Shown: one piece after another, positions 1-6,411 of the stretch
How the letters are laid out: each line of letters starts with the position of its first letter
Numbering within the stretch: position 1 is the first letter of the stretch
Source of the DNA: an uncultured Gemmatimonadales bacterium
GTDB taxonomy: Bacteria > Gemmatimonadota > Gemmatimonadetes > Gemmatimonadales > GWC2-71-9
Length of the DNA stretch: 10,261 nt
NCBI GenBank assembly: GCA_963739455.1
Contig: CAVUAK010000004.1
Span: forward strand, 1-10,261
Direction of reading: 5' to 3'
Program-made: the position numbers and the translations under genes
The notes under the pieces: generated by a model
Seen by the model: the letters and a program-made list of their open reading frames with translations, nothing else
Told to the model about the DNA's origin: nothing
The model's database searches: none

Positions 1-3
1 TTG

Positions 4-104
4 GGGACCTGAAGGCGTGAGGGCTTGAGGACGTGAAGAAGCCCGGTGACCTTCCCTCGTGTCCCGCTCCCTCAAGCCCTCAAGTCTTCAAGCCCTCAAG
101 TCCC
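4..104. repeat. Inverted pair of 8-mer tandem arrays (long hairpin, REP-like)
   Basis: Left units gacctgaa/ggcgtgag/ggcttgag/gacgtgaa (6-37) are imperfect reverse complements of right units ctcaagcc/ctcaagtc/ttcaagcc/ctcaagtc (71-102). Confidence 0.8.
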
Positions 105-108
105 GGGC

Positions 109-145
109 ATGAAACATCCGCCTCGCCCGCGGCCCTTCTAGCTCA
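109..145 (+). promoter_or_regulatory. Putative ECF-type autoregulated promoter for sigma copy 1 (likely leaderless)
   Basis: ATGAAA(109-114)..CTCGCC..CCTTC(134-138) has the same spacing as ATGAGA..CTCGCC..GCGTC upstream of copy 2. There is no Shine-Dalgarno before GTG 146. Promoter function is inference. Confidence 0.35.
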
Positions 146-661
146 GTGACCGACTCTCTGGCCGCCCGGATCAAGTCTGGCTCCCTCGATGCCCTCGAGG
201 AGCTCTACCGGGCTGCCAGCGCTGATCTCCTGAGACTGGCCACTCGGCTCGCCCGGGACCCGGCCGAGGCCGCCGACGCCGTCCACGATGTCTTCGTGGG
301 CCTGCCCGCCGCACTCGGCAGCTACCAGGAACGCGGTCAGCTCAATGCCTGGCTCCGGCGCGTCACCGCCCGCACCGTCATCCAGCGCGCACGATCGCGC
401 CGCCGGAACGAGGCGCGCGACGGTCAGTACGCCGCGGACCGGCCGACGACCACCACCGCGCACGACGGCGCCGTCACCGCCGAAGACGCACTTGCTCGGC
501 TCCCGCTCTCACTCCGGAGCGTGGTCGTGCTGAAGGAGCTCGAGGGCATGTCCCACGGTGAGATCGCAAAAACACTCGGTATCTCCGCCACCGCCTCACG
601 GCTCAGGCTCTGGCGCGGGCTCGAGAAGCTGCGGCACCTGCTCGGGGAAGACAGATCATGA
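146..661 (+). CDS. ECF-family RNA polymerase sigma-70 factor (copy 1)
   Basis: 171 aa. Region 2 (ALEELYR..DPAEAADAVHDVF..AWLRRVTART) and region 4 HTH (ALARLPLSLRSVVVLKELEGMSHGEIAKTLGISATASRLRLWRG), with no region 1/3. The stop overlaps the next ATG (ATGA). Confidence 0.95.
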   Translation: MTDSLAARIKSGSLDALEELYRAASADLLRLATRLARDPAEAADAVHDVFVGLPAALGSYQERGQLNAWLRRVTARTVIQRARSRRRNEARDGQYAADRPTTTTAHDGAVTAEDALARLPLSLRSVVVLKELEGMSHGEIAKTLGISATASRLRLWRGLEKLRHLLGEDRS

Positions 662-1713
662 TGGATATGCGCTGGCGGAGCACCCGCGCCCGGCTTCACC
701 ATGGAACCCCAGGCGGGGACGCGCGCGAACTCTGGGGTCGTATTGTCGCGAGTCGGCAGGCCGGCCGCTCGGTCGATCTCCCTGCCGCCGACCCCCGCCC
801 CCCCGTGAGCCCCATCCTGCTCGCCCTCCTGGCGGTCGCAATAGTCGTGTGGCTCAGCACCCCGCGCGACAGGAGCGCTCCCGCACCAGTCGCGGCTGTC
901 TCCAGTGAAGCCGAGGATGCCGCCTTTGACTGGCTCACGACGCCCGCGTACGCGCAGAGCAATGGCGTGTCGCCCCTCCTGCCAATCGACCCACCCGATC
1001 TCTCACGGATGGTGACGAGCCGGCTCGTCTTCGAGTACATGCAGGGCGCCGACGGTATCCTCACCCAGCAGGACGGGACCGACACACTCCGGATTGTGCA
1101 TGACACCGTGGACGGAGTGCATCGCGTGATCATGATCCGCACCGACCGGAAAGGAACCAGGTACAGCGGCTTTGGGGGAACGAGTGCGATCGACTCCCTG
1201 GCCCTGTCTGGTGATGGTCGGCTCATCTTCTGGCGCCTGCACGTCCTGGTCCCTCGGAAGCACCTCGACGTGACCGTCGAAACCACGCTGCTGGCCGATA
1301 GCGTGCGGTTCACCACAGTTCGCAACGATGGCATTCCGCCGAAGACCAGGGTGCGCCCTGGCAACTATGAGTATCAAGTCCATGACGTCCTCCTCGCCAT
1401 GCTTCCTTCCCTGCGGTTCGAGCCAGGCTATGCCCGCTCGTTCAGCGTTCTGGATCTCTTGGGTGGCGAAAAGACACCGGGATTCGCCCGCTCTGTCGAG
1501 CTGCGGGTCACCGGGAAGGAATGGCTGGCGGTTCCCGCTGGGCGTTTTCACTGCTGGGTGGTTGAGTACTCGTCTGTGCCTGAGCCAGGCGAGAAGCGAC
1601 GCTCCAGCCGGCTCTATGTGGACATGAAGTCCGGTACGCTCGTGCGCGCGGAATGGGGGGCGGGCGACACTTTTTCCGGTGAGCAGGTCCTCGTCGATCG
1701 GCGGGCCGAATGA
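658..1713 (+). CDS. Putative membrane-anchored anti-sigma factor with extracytoplasmic beta-rich (DUF3108-like) domain (copy 1)
   Basis: 351 aa, coupled to the sigma by ATGA. Basic N-terminal segment with LWGRI, one TM (PILLALLAVAIVVWL) and a C-terminal VPAGRFHCWVVE motif typical of DUF3108-like proteins. Paralogous to 2276-3346. The anti-sigma role is inferred from position and topology. Confidence 0.75.
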   Translation: MMDMRWRSTRARLHHGTPGGDARELWGRIVASRQAGRSVDLPAADPRPPVSPILLALLAVAIVVWLSTPRDRSAPAPVAAVSSEAEDAAFDWLTTPAYAQSNGVSPLLPIDPPDLSRMVTSRLVFEYMQGADGILTQQDGTDTLRIVHDTVDGVHRVIMIRTDRKGTRYSGFGGTSAIDSLALSGDGRLIFWRLHVLVPRKHLDVTVETTLLADSVRFTTVRNDGIPPKTRVRPGNYEYQVHDVLLAMLPSLRFEPGYARSFSVLDLLGGEKTPGFARSVELRVTGKEWLAVPAGRFHCWVVEYSSVPEPGEKRRSSRLYVDMKSGTLVRAEWGAGDTFSGEQVLVDRRAE

Positions 1714-1725
1714 GTGGCGCAATGG

Positions 1726-1763
1726 ATGAGAGGGTCTTCTCGCCGGTGACGCGTCCCGCGTAC
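1726..1763 (+). promoter_or_regulatory. Putative ECF-type promoter for sigma copy 2
   Basis: ATGAGA(1726-1731)..GCGTC(1751-1755). CGTC is a common ECF -10 core, and the element is positionally homologous to 109-145. Confidence 0.35.
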
Positions 1764-2279
1764 GTGACCGAGACGCTCGCCACGCGCATTCAGCAGGGCT
1801 CCCTCGATGCCCTTGAGGAGCTGTATCGCACCAGCAGCGCCGACTTGCTGCGGCTCGCGACACGACTCACCCGCGACCCCGCTGAGGCCGCCGACGTCGT
1901 TCATGACGTCTTCGTGGGTCTGCCCGCTGCGCTCGCCAGCTACGATGAGAGAGGCCAGCTCGGCGCCTGGCTTAGGCGGGTCACGGCACGCACTGTGATG
2001 CAGCGCGCCCGGGCTCGCCGGCGCGCCGACGAACGCGACGGCCGCTATGCCGCCGAACGGCCCGGTACCACGGCAGCCACCGACGGTGCCGTCACCGCGG
2101 AGGACGCACTGGCTCGGCTGCCGTTGTCACTGCGGAGCGTGGTCGTGCTCAAGGAGCTCGAGGGCATGTCCCACGGGGACATCGCGCAGACACTCGGCAT
2201 TTCCGCCACCGCCTCGCGACTCAGGTTGTGGCGCGGACTCGAAAAACTGCGGCACCTGCTCGGGGAGGACGGACGATGA
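1764..2279 (+). CDS. ECF-family RNA polymerase sigma-70 factor (copy 2)
   Basis: From GTG 1764 it is 171 aa, the same length as copy 1, with 145/171 identical residues by manual alignment. An in-frame ATG at 1710 overlapping the upstream stop is an alternative start (189 aa). Confidence 0.95.
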   Translation: MTETLATRIQQGSLDALEELYRTSSADLLRLATRLTRDPAEAADVVHDVFVGLPAALASYDERGQLGAWLRRVTARTVMQRARARRRADERDGRYAAERPGTTAATDGAVTAEDALARLPLSLRSVVVLKELEGMSHGDIAQTLGISATASRLRLWRGLEKLRHLLGEDGR

Positions 2280-3346
2280 TCAACGATCGATGGCGCTCCA
2301 CTCGAGCCCGGCTCAATCACGAATCCGCGAGCGCCGACGCCACCGGTCTCTGGAGCCGCATCGAAGCGAGCCGCAGGGCAGGGAAGTCCGTCGACCTGCC
2401 CGCCCGCGATCCACGGCGCTCCGTGACGCCGGCCCTGCTAGGCGTGCTCGCCGTCGCGGCTGTCCTGGTGCTCGTCACCCTCCGCACCAGCGAGAAGCGA
2501 GCGCCGGCGACCCTCATATCCGACGACCCTGAGGCCTCAGCCCTGCTCCAATGGCTGCCAACATCGGCGCTGGCGCAGTCCATCGGTGCATCCGCGCTGC
2601 TCCCGATCGATCCCCCCGACATCTCCCGTCTCACGCCGCGCGTGCTGGTCTACCGGTACGAGGAAGGAGTGGACGGAATTGTCACCGGGGCCACGGGGGC
2701 CGATACCGTCTCTATCGGGCGGAACACGGTGGACGGCCTCGAACAGGTTGCGGTGGTTCGGACGGGAAGGAGCGGCTGGGTCAAGACGATGGAAGTCGTC
2801 GACTCCCTGGTGCTGGCTGATGATGGAAGCTTCCTCTTCTGGCACTTTCAGGTGAAGCGCGCCGGCACCGATCGCATCACACGGGTGGCGACGACCCTGA
2901 AGGTCGACAGCATCACCACCACCTTCTGGCGCAGCGGAGGAAGGCCGGTGCGACCCCCCATGACGTGGCCGGCCAACGTTGGTCCGTACGTCAGGGACCC
3001 CCTGGCCGCAATGCTCCCTTCGCTTCCGTTCCATGAGGGATTCGCACGCTCGTTGAGCGGTCTGGACCTGGTGCGCGGCACCATGACCCCCGGATTCGCT
3101 CGCGCTCTCGAGCTGCGGGTCACTGGCACCCAGTCGATTCGAGTTCCCGCCGGGCGGTTCCACTGCTGGACGGTTGAGCTCACGGCTGTCTACCTGCCGG
3201 GCGATACGCCGCAAGTCAGTCGCCTCTGGGTGGACATGGACTCCGGCTCGCTCGTGCGCGCCGTCTGGAACACCTACAACAATTTCTTTGAGGAACAGGT
3301 CCTGATCGAACAGCAGTTGACCAACCAGCCCGATGGGAGGAACTGA
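2276..3346 (+). CDS. Putative membrane-anchored anti-sigma factor with DUF3108-like domain (copy 2)
   Basis: 356 aa from ATG 2276 (ATGA overlap, GGAGG upstream), aligning to the start of copy 1 (RWRSTRARL). Has LWSRI, TM ALLGVLAVAAVLVLVTL and VPAGRFHCWTVE. Confidence 0.75.
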   Translation: MINDRWRSTRARLNHESASADATGLWSRIEASRRAGKSVDLPARDPRRSVTPALLGVLAVAAVLVLVTLRTSEKRAPATLISDDPEASALLQWLPTSALAQSIGASALLPIDPPDISRLTPRVLVYRYEEGVDGIVTGATGADTVSIGRNTVDGLEQVAVVRTGRSGWVKTMEVVDSLVLADDGSFLFWHFQVKRAGTDRITRVATTLKVDSITTTFWRSGGRPVRPPMTWPANVGPYVRDPLAAMLPSLPFHEGFARSLSGLDLVRGTMTPGFARALELRVTGTQSIRVPAGRFHCWTVELTAVYLPGDTPQVSRLWVDMDSGSLVRAVWNTYNNFFEEQVLIEQQLTNQPDGRN

Positions 3347-3735
3347 TGCGCCACGCTCAGGTCACCAGTATCGCGATTGCAATGATCACATTCGCAGGAA
3401 CAGCCGCCGCACAGGCGCCAGCCTCACCGGTGCAGCAGTCCATGCACCAGCTCATGGTGGCCGAGGAGGCGTATTACTACGACCACGGCACCTACACCAC
3501 CGATCTCTCCGCCCTCGGCCTCATGAGCAAGCTCGACCGCAAGGAACCCCAGGTCTGGCTCCGCGTCTACCAAGCTGGCGGTGCCGGCTGGATCGCTGAC
3601 GCCCAGGGCAGCAACGGTATCGCCGGCAGCTGCGTGGCCTTCGTTGGCGACCTGTCCAACTTCGCCGCGGTTCCCGCTACCCAGGCGAAGCACCTCAAGC
3701 CGACGGAAGAGGGCGTCATCGCCTGCGATCCGTAG
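3346..3735 (+). CDS. Secreted protein with type IV pilin-like globular domain
   Basis: 129 aa, GGGAGG RBS, TGATG overlap. Sec signal ending AAA|Q, then MHQLMVAEEAYYYDHGTYTTDLSALG and a C-terminal Cys pair (SCVAFVG..EGVIAC). These resemble the pilin alpha1-C helix and D-region. Confidence 0.65.
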   Translation: MRHAQVTSIAIAMITFAGTAAAQAPASPVQQSMHQLMVAEEAYYYDHGTYTTDLSALGLMSKLDRKEPQVWLRVYQAGGAGWIADAQGSNGIAGSCVAFVGDLSNFAAVPATQAKHLKPTEEGVIACDP

Positions 3736-3751
3736 GTCACCAGCGCGCCGC

Positions 3752-3797
3752 GAGGGCGGGGGGGCAACCCCCCTCACCCCTCACCCCTCACCCCTCA
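3752..3797 (+). repeat. G6-GCAA-C6 hairpin running into a (CCCCTCA)x4 tandem heptamer; possible terminator/RNA stability element
   Basis: gggggg(3758-3763) gcaa cccccc(3768-3773), then CCCCTCA four times at 3770-3797. There is no poly-U tail. Confidence 0.75.
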
Positions 3798-3800
3798 CTT

Positions 3801-3861
3801 AGTCGCAGTTCCTCCTCACGCAGTCGCTGTTCCTCCTCACCCCCTCACGCCGTCGCAGTTC
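3801..3861 (+). repeat. ~21-bp tandem repeat AGTCGCAGTTCCTCCTCACGC (2 copies plus partial)
   Basis: Units at 3801-3821 and from 3822, plus a partial gtcgcagttc at 3852-3861. A 23-bp stretch recurs exactly at 6371-6393. Confidence 0.85.
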
Positions 3862-3944
3862 AGGTCACGACTGAGGGCATGGGCAGGGGACGGGCTCAGC
3901 GAATGTTGCAATCGCTGGCCAACCCTCAATGAAGGAGCATCGCC

Positions 3945-4571
3945 ATGCGCACTCTCCATCGTGTTCACGCACCACTCCTGGTCGTCGCCCTGCTCGCCGC
4001 GGCGTGCAGTACCGACCAGGCCAATCCCACCCAGGACAACAGCGAAGCGAGCAGCGCCGAGCTGACGGAGGCAGCGAGCGCAGCGAACGTGCAGCTCTCG
4101 AGTCTCCGCGGGCATCACATCCGGCTGTACCAGTCGAGCTGCGCCACGGACTTCGTCATCACCGAGTTCGTGCCCGTGATCGGCCCTGACGGCAAGCCCG
4201 TCATTGGCCCGGACGGCCAGCCGATTCCCGCCCGGTTCACCGTCAACATCACCGGTCCCTGCAACCTCAAGCCATTCGGCCCGGCCTCCCTGTCGGCGGT
4301 ACAGGAGATCGTGTTCGGCCCCGATGGAACCCAGACCCTCCACGGTGAGTTCCACTACACCTTCGCCGCTGGTGAGGTACTGAACACCGTCTTTGATGGA
4401 ACCGGCGCTGCAGTGGTCGACCCGACGGCCGTGGCCTTCGAGGGATGGGAGCGCTTCACAGGCGGCACTGGGCGGTTCGCGGATGCCCGCGGCGGCGCCC
4501 GGGCGAAGGGATCCGCCAATCTCGTGGCGGGGAAGAGCGTGTATCGCACGCTCGGCGTGATCGGGTACTAG
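3945..4571 (+). CDS. Hypothetical lipoprotein with dirigent/allene-oxide-cyclase-like beta-barrel motif
   Basis: AAGGAG RBS. Lipobox LLAAA|C21 and C-terminal FTGGTGRFADARG (GGTG-x-F motif of AOC/dirigent-like barrels). Contains an internal VIGPDG[KQ]P tandem repeat. Confidence 0.75.
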   Translation: MRTLHRVHAPLLVVALLAAACSTDQANPTQDNSEASSAELTEAASAANVQLSSLRGHHIRLYQSSCATDFVITEFVPVIGPDGKPVIGPDGQPIPARFTVNITGPCNLKPFGPASLSAVQEIVFGPDGTQTLHGEFHYTFAAGEVLNTVFDGTGAAVVDPTAVAFEGWERFTGGTGRFADARGGARAKGSANLVAGKSVYRTLGVIGY

Positions 4572-4580
4572 GCCGGCGGG

Positions 4581-4629
4581 AAGGGAAGCGCCGGGGCATC
4601 GCCGGCTGGCGGTGCTCCCGCGCTCTCTT
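4581..4629 (+). terminator. GC-rich hairpin after the lipoprotein gene, putative terminator
   Basis: 11-bp stem ggggcatcgcc(4593-4603)/ggcggtgctcc(4608-4618) with two G-U pairs, extendable by agcg/cgct. Followed by a weak ctctctta tail. Confidence 0.5.
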
Positions 4630-4634
4630 ACTGG

Positions 4635-4697
4635 AATAAGAATAGTATAGATTAAGCCAATATTGACATTCTAAGATATAGTATAATAGTTTTAACC
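4635..4697 (+). promoter_or_regulatory. AT-rich sigma70 promoter/operator of the hipBA-like operon
   Basis: TTGACA 4663-4668 with TAGTTT 4687-4692 (18-bp spacer) ending 5 nt before ATG 4698, and TATAAT at 4682-4687. Also palindrome CAATATTG 4658-4665 and direct repeat TAAGA(T)ATAGTATA at 4637 and 4672. Confidence 0.75.
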
Positions 4698-5030
4698 ATG
4701 CTGCTTGAGACCGGCACCACTGATTCAGAAATCCTGCGCGAAATGGGCGCCCGGATCCGCGCATACCGCATCCAGCAGCAGCTCACGGTGGAGGAACTGG
4801 CCACGCGCGCCGGTCTCTCCACCCTGACCCTCCTCAAGGCAGAGCAAGGCGGGAACCCGACCCTTCGCACCCTGCTGCGGATACTTCGCGCACTCGGCCG
4901 CATCGACCTCGCTGAATCGATCCTCCCGGCACCACCCGCCTCACCCCTGGCTCACATCGCGCGCATGGCCGACCGTGTCACGCCCACGCCCCGGCGGGTG
5001 CGCCACAAGCGACGCCCGCCAGGAAGCTGA
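4698..5030 (+). CDS. hipB: XRE-family HTH transcriptional regulator, HipB-like antitoxin
   Basis: RIRAYRIQQQLTVEELATRAGLSTLTLLKAEQGGNPTLRTLLRILRALG is an HTH_3/XRE fold. The gene ends 3 nt upstream of the HipA-family gene. Confidence 0.85.
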   Translation: MLLETGTTDSEILREMGARIRAYRIQQQLTVEELATRAGLSTLTLLKAEQGGNPTLRTLLRILRALGRIDLAESILPAPPASPLAHIARMADRVTPTPRRVRHKRRPPGS

Positions 5031-5033
5031 GAC

Positions 5034-6317
5034 ATGGCTGAGTTCGTTGCCGCCGCCGAAGTGCGGCTCTGGGGGCGCCAGGTCGGGGCCGTCGCCGAGG
5101 ACGGCGATGGCGCCATCGCATTCGAGTACAGCCCCGACTTCCGCGCCTCCGGTCTCGAGATCTCTCCTCGGCACTTGCCGCTCTCCCGGCGCGGGCCCGT
5201 CAGCTTTCCCGGCCTGCAGCGTCTCGAGGCATTTCAGGGGCTGCCCGGTGTGCTCGCCGATGCACTCCCCGATCGATTCGGCAATGAGGTCATCAAGGCC
5301 TGGTTCGCCGGGCAGGGGAAGCCCGGTGCTGCACTGAGCCCCGTGCAGCGCCTGCTCTACATCGGCCGGCGCGCCATGGGTGCGCTCGAGTTCGAGCCCG
5401 CCATCGCACTGCCGCGCACCGCCGCCATCGATGAAGCGCTCGAGTTGGCAAGCCTCGTCGACGCGGCGCGCCGCGTCATCTCCGGTCGTATCGACGTCGC
5501 CGTTCCCGAGATCATGCAGCTCGGCGCGTCCGCCGGCGGCGCGCGCCCCAAGGCGGTGATCCGCTGGAACCCGGACACGAATGACGTGCGGAGCGCCTTC
5601 GCACCGGCTCAACCGGGCGATGAACCATGGATCATCAAGTTCGACGGCGTCGGCCAGCTCGATGCGCCCGACCCGAAGTCGCGGCCCCACAACCGCATTG
5701 AATTCGCATACAACCAGATGGCATCGGCTGCTGGGATCTACACCGCGACCACCCATCTGCTCGAGGAACGACGCCTCGCGCATTTCATGACGCGTCGTTT
5801 CGACCTGGTCGACAGGCAGCGCCTGCACCTGCACAGCGTGGGCGGCCTGGATCACGCCGACTTCAACACGCCCGGCGCGTACAGCTATGAGCAGTATCTC
5901 CGCGTCATTCTCGAGCTCGGCCTTCCACCAGCCGCGATCGACGAGGGCTTCCGCCGCATGTGCTTCAACATCGTCGCGGTGAACCAGGACGATCACGTCA
6001 AGAACTTCGCCTTCCTCATGTCGCCGGAAGGGAAGTGGAGCCTCGCACCCGCCTACGATCTCACCTTCGCCCATGGCGCCGGCTTCACGCGGCATCACCA
6101 GCTCACCCTGGCCGGCAAGCGCGACGACTTCACTCGCGCCGACTTGCTCACCGTGGGCGACGTGTTCGGTCTCCGCAGCCGCGGCGCGCCGCTGATTGAT
6201 CAGGTCATTGACGCCGTGGCCGACTGGCCCACCCACGCCCGCGCCGCGAAGGTGCCCCTCGACCGCATCAAGGCCATCTCCTCCGCCCACCGGATCTCGG
6301 TACTCCAGCACCGATAG
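5034..6317 (+). CDS. hipA: Type II toxin-antitoxin HipA-family Ser/Thr kinase toxin
   Basis: 427 aa. N-terminal HipA-coupled domain (VRLWGRQVG..FEYSPDF..LADALPDRFGN), P-loop ASAGGARPK, WIIKFD, catalytic NQDDHVKNFAF and LAPAYDLT. Confidence 0.95.
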   Translation: MAEFVAAAEVRLWGRQVGAVAEDGDGAIAFEYSPDFRASGLEISPRHLPLSRRGPVSFPGLQRLEAFQGLPGVLADALPDRFGNEVIKAWFAGQGKPGAALSPVQRLLYIGRRAMGALEFEPAIALPRTAAIDEALELASLVDAARRVISGRIDVAVPEIMQLGASAGGARPKAVIRWNPDTNDVRSAFAPAQPGDEPWIIKFDGVGQLDAPDPKSRPHNRIEFAYNQMASAAGIYTATTHLLEERRLAHFMTRRFDLVDRQRLHLHSVGGLDHADFNTPGAYSYEQYLRVILELGLPPAAIDEGFRRMCFNIVAVNQDDHVKNFAFLMSPEGKWSLAPAYDLTFAHGAGFTRHHQLTLAGKRDDFTRADLLTVGDVFGLRSRGAPLIDQVIDAVADWPTHARAAKVPLDRIKAISSAHRISVLQHR

Positions 6318-6330
6318 CTGAATCCTGGGC

Positions 6331-6396
6331 CCGCTCACCGCTCACCGCTCACGCAGTTCCCCCTCACGCGGTCGCAGTTCCTCCTCACGCAGTTCC
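6331..6396 (+). repeat. (CCGCTCA)x3 heptamer plus CGCAGTTCCYCCTCAC-type repeats
   Basis: CCGCTCA x3 at 6331-6351, then cgcagttccccctcacgc and gtcgcagttcctcctcacgcagt (6371-6393, identical to 3802-3824). Confidence 0.85.
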
Positions 6397-6411
6397 CACT
6401 ACCTTTCCCCC

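Noticed and set aside
2228..2275. Longer starts in the ORF track (2228 for anti-sigma 2, 7194 for Trm112, 7984 for cax)
   Set aside because: They overlap upstream genes, and paralog/family alignment and ATGA coupling favour 2276 and 7278. The 7984 ORF is a chimera of in-frame and out-of-frame segments.
146..3346. Assembly artefact duplication or DGR template/variable repeat
   Set aside because: The copies differ by many synonymous and non-synonymous changes that are not adenine-specific, and there is no reverse transcriptase.
3770..3861. Possible CRISPR array (also 6331-6396, 7486-7520)
   Set aside because: The units are tandem with no unique spacers, they are too short, and there are no cas genes.
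4663..4687. Perfect TTGACA + TATAAT consensus promoter pair
   Set aside because: The spacer is only 13 bp. TTGACA pairs better with TAGTTT at 18 bp.
4941..6338. 465-aa minus-strand ORF
   Set aside because: It is the antisense shadow of hipA in GC-rich DNA and has no recognisable motifs. The same applies to the other minus-strand ORFs in the track.
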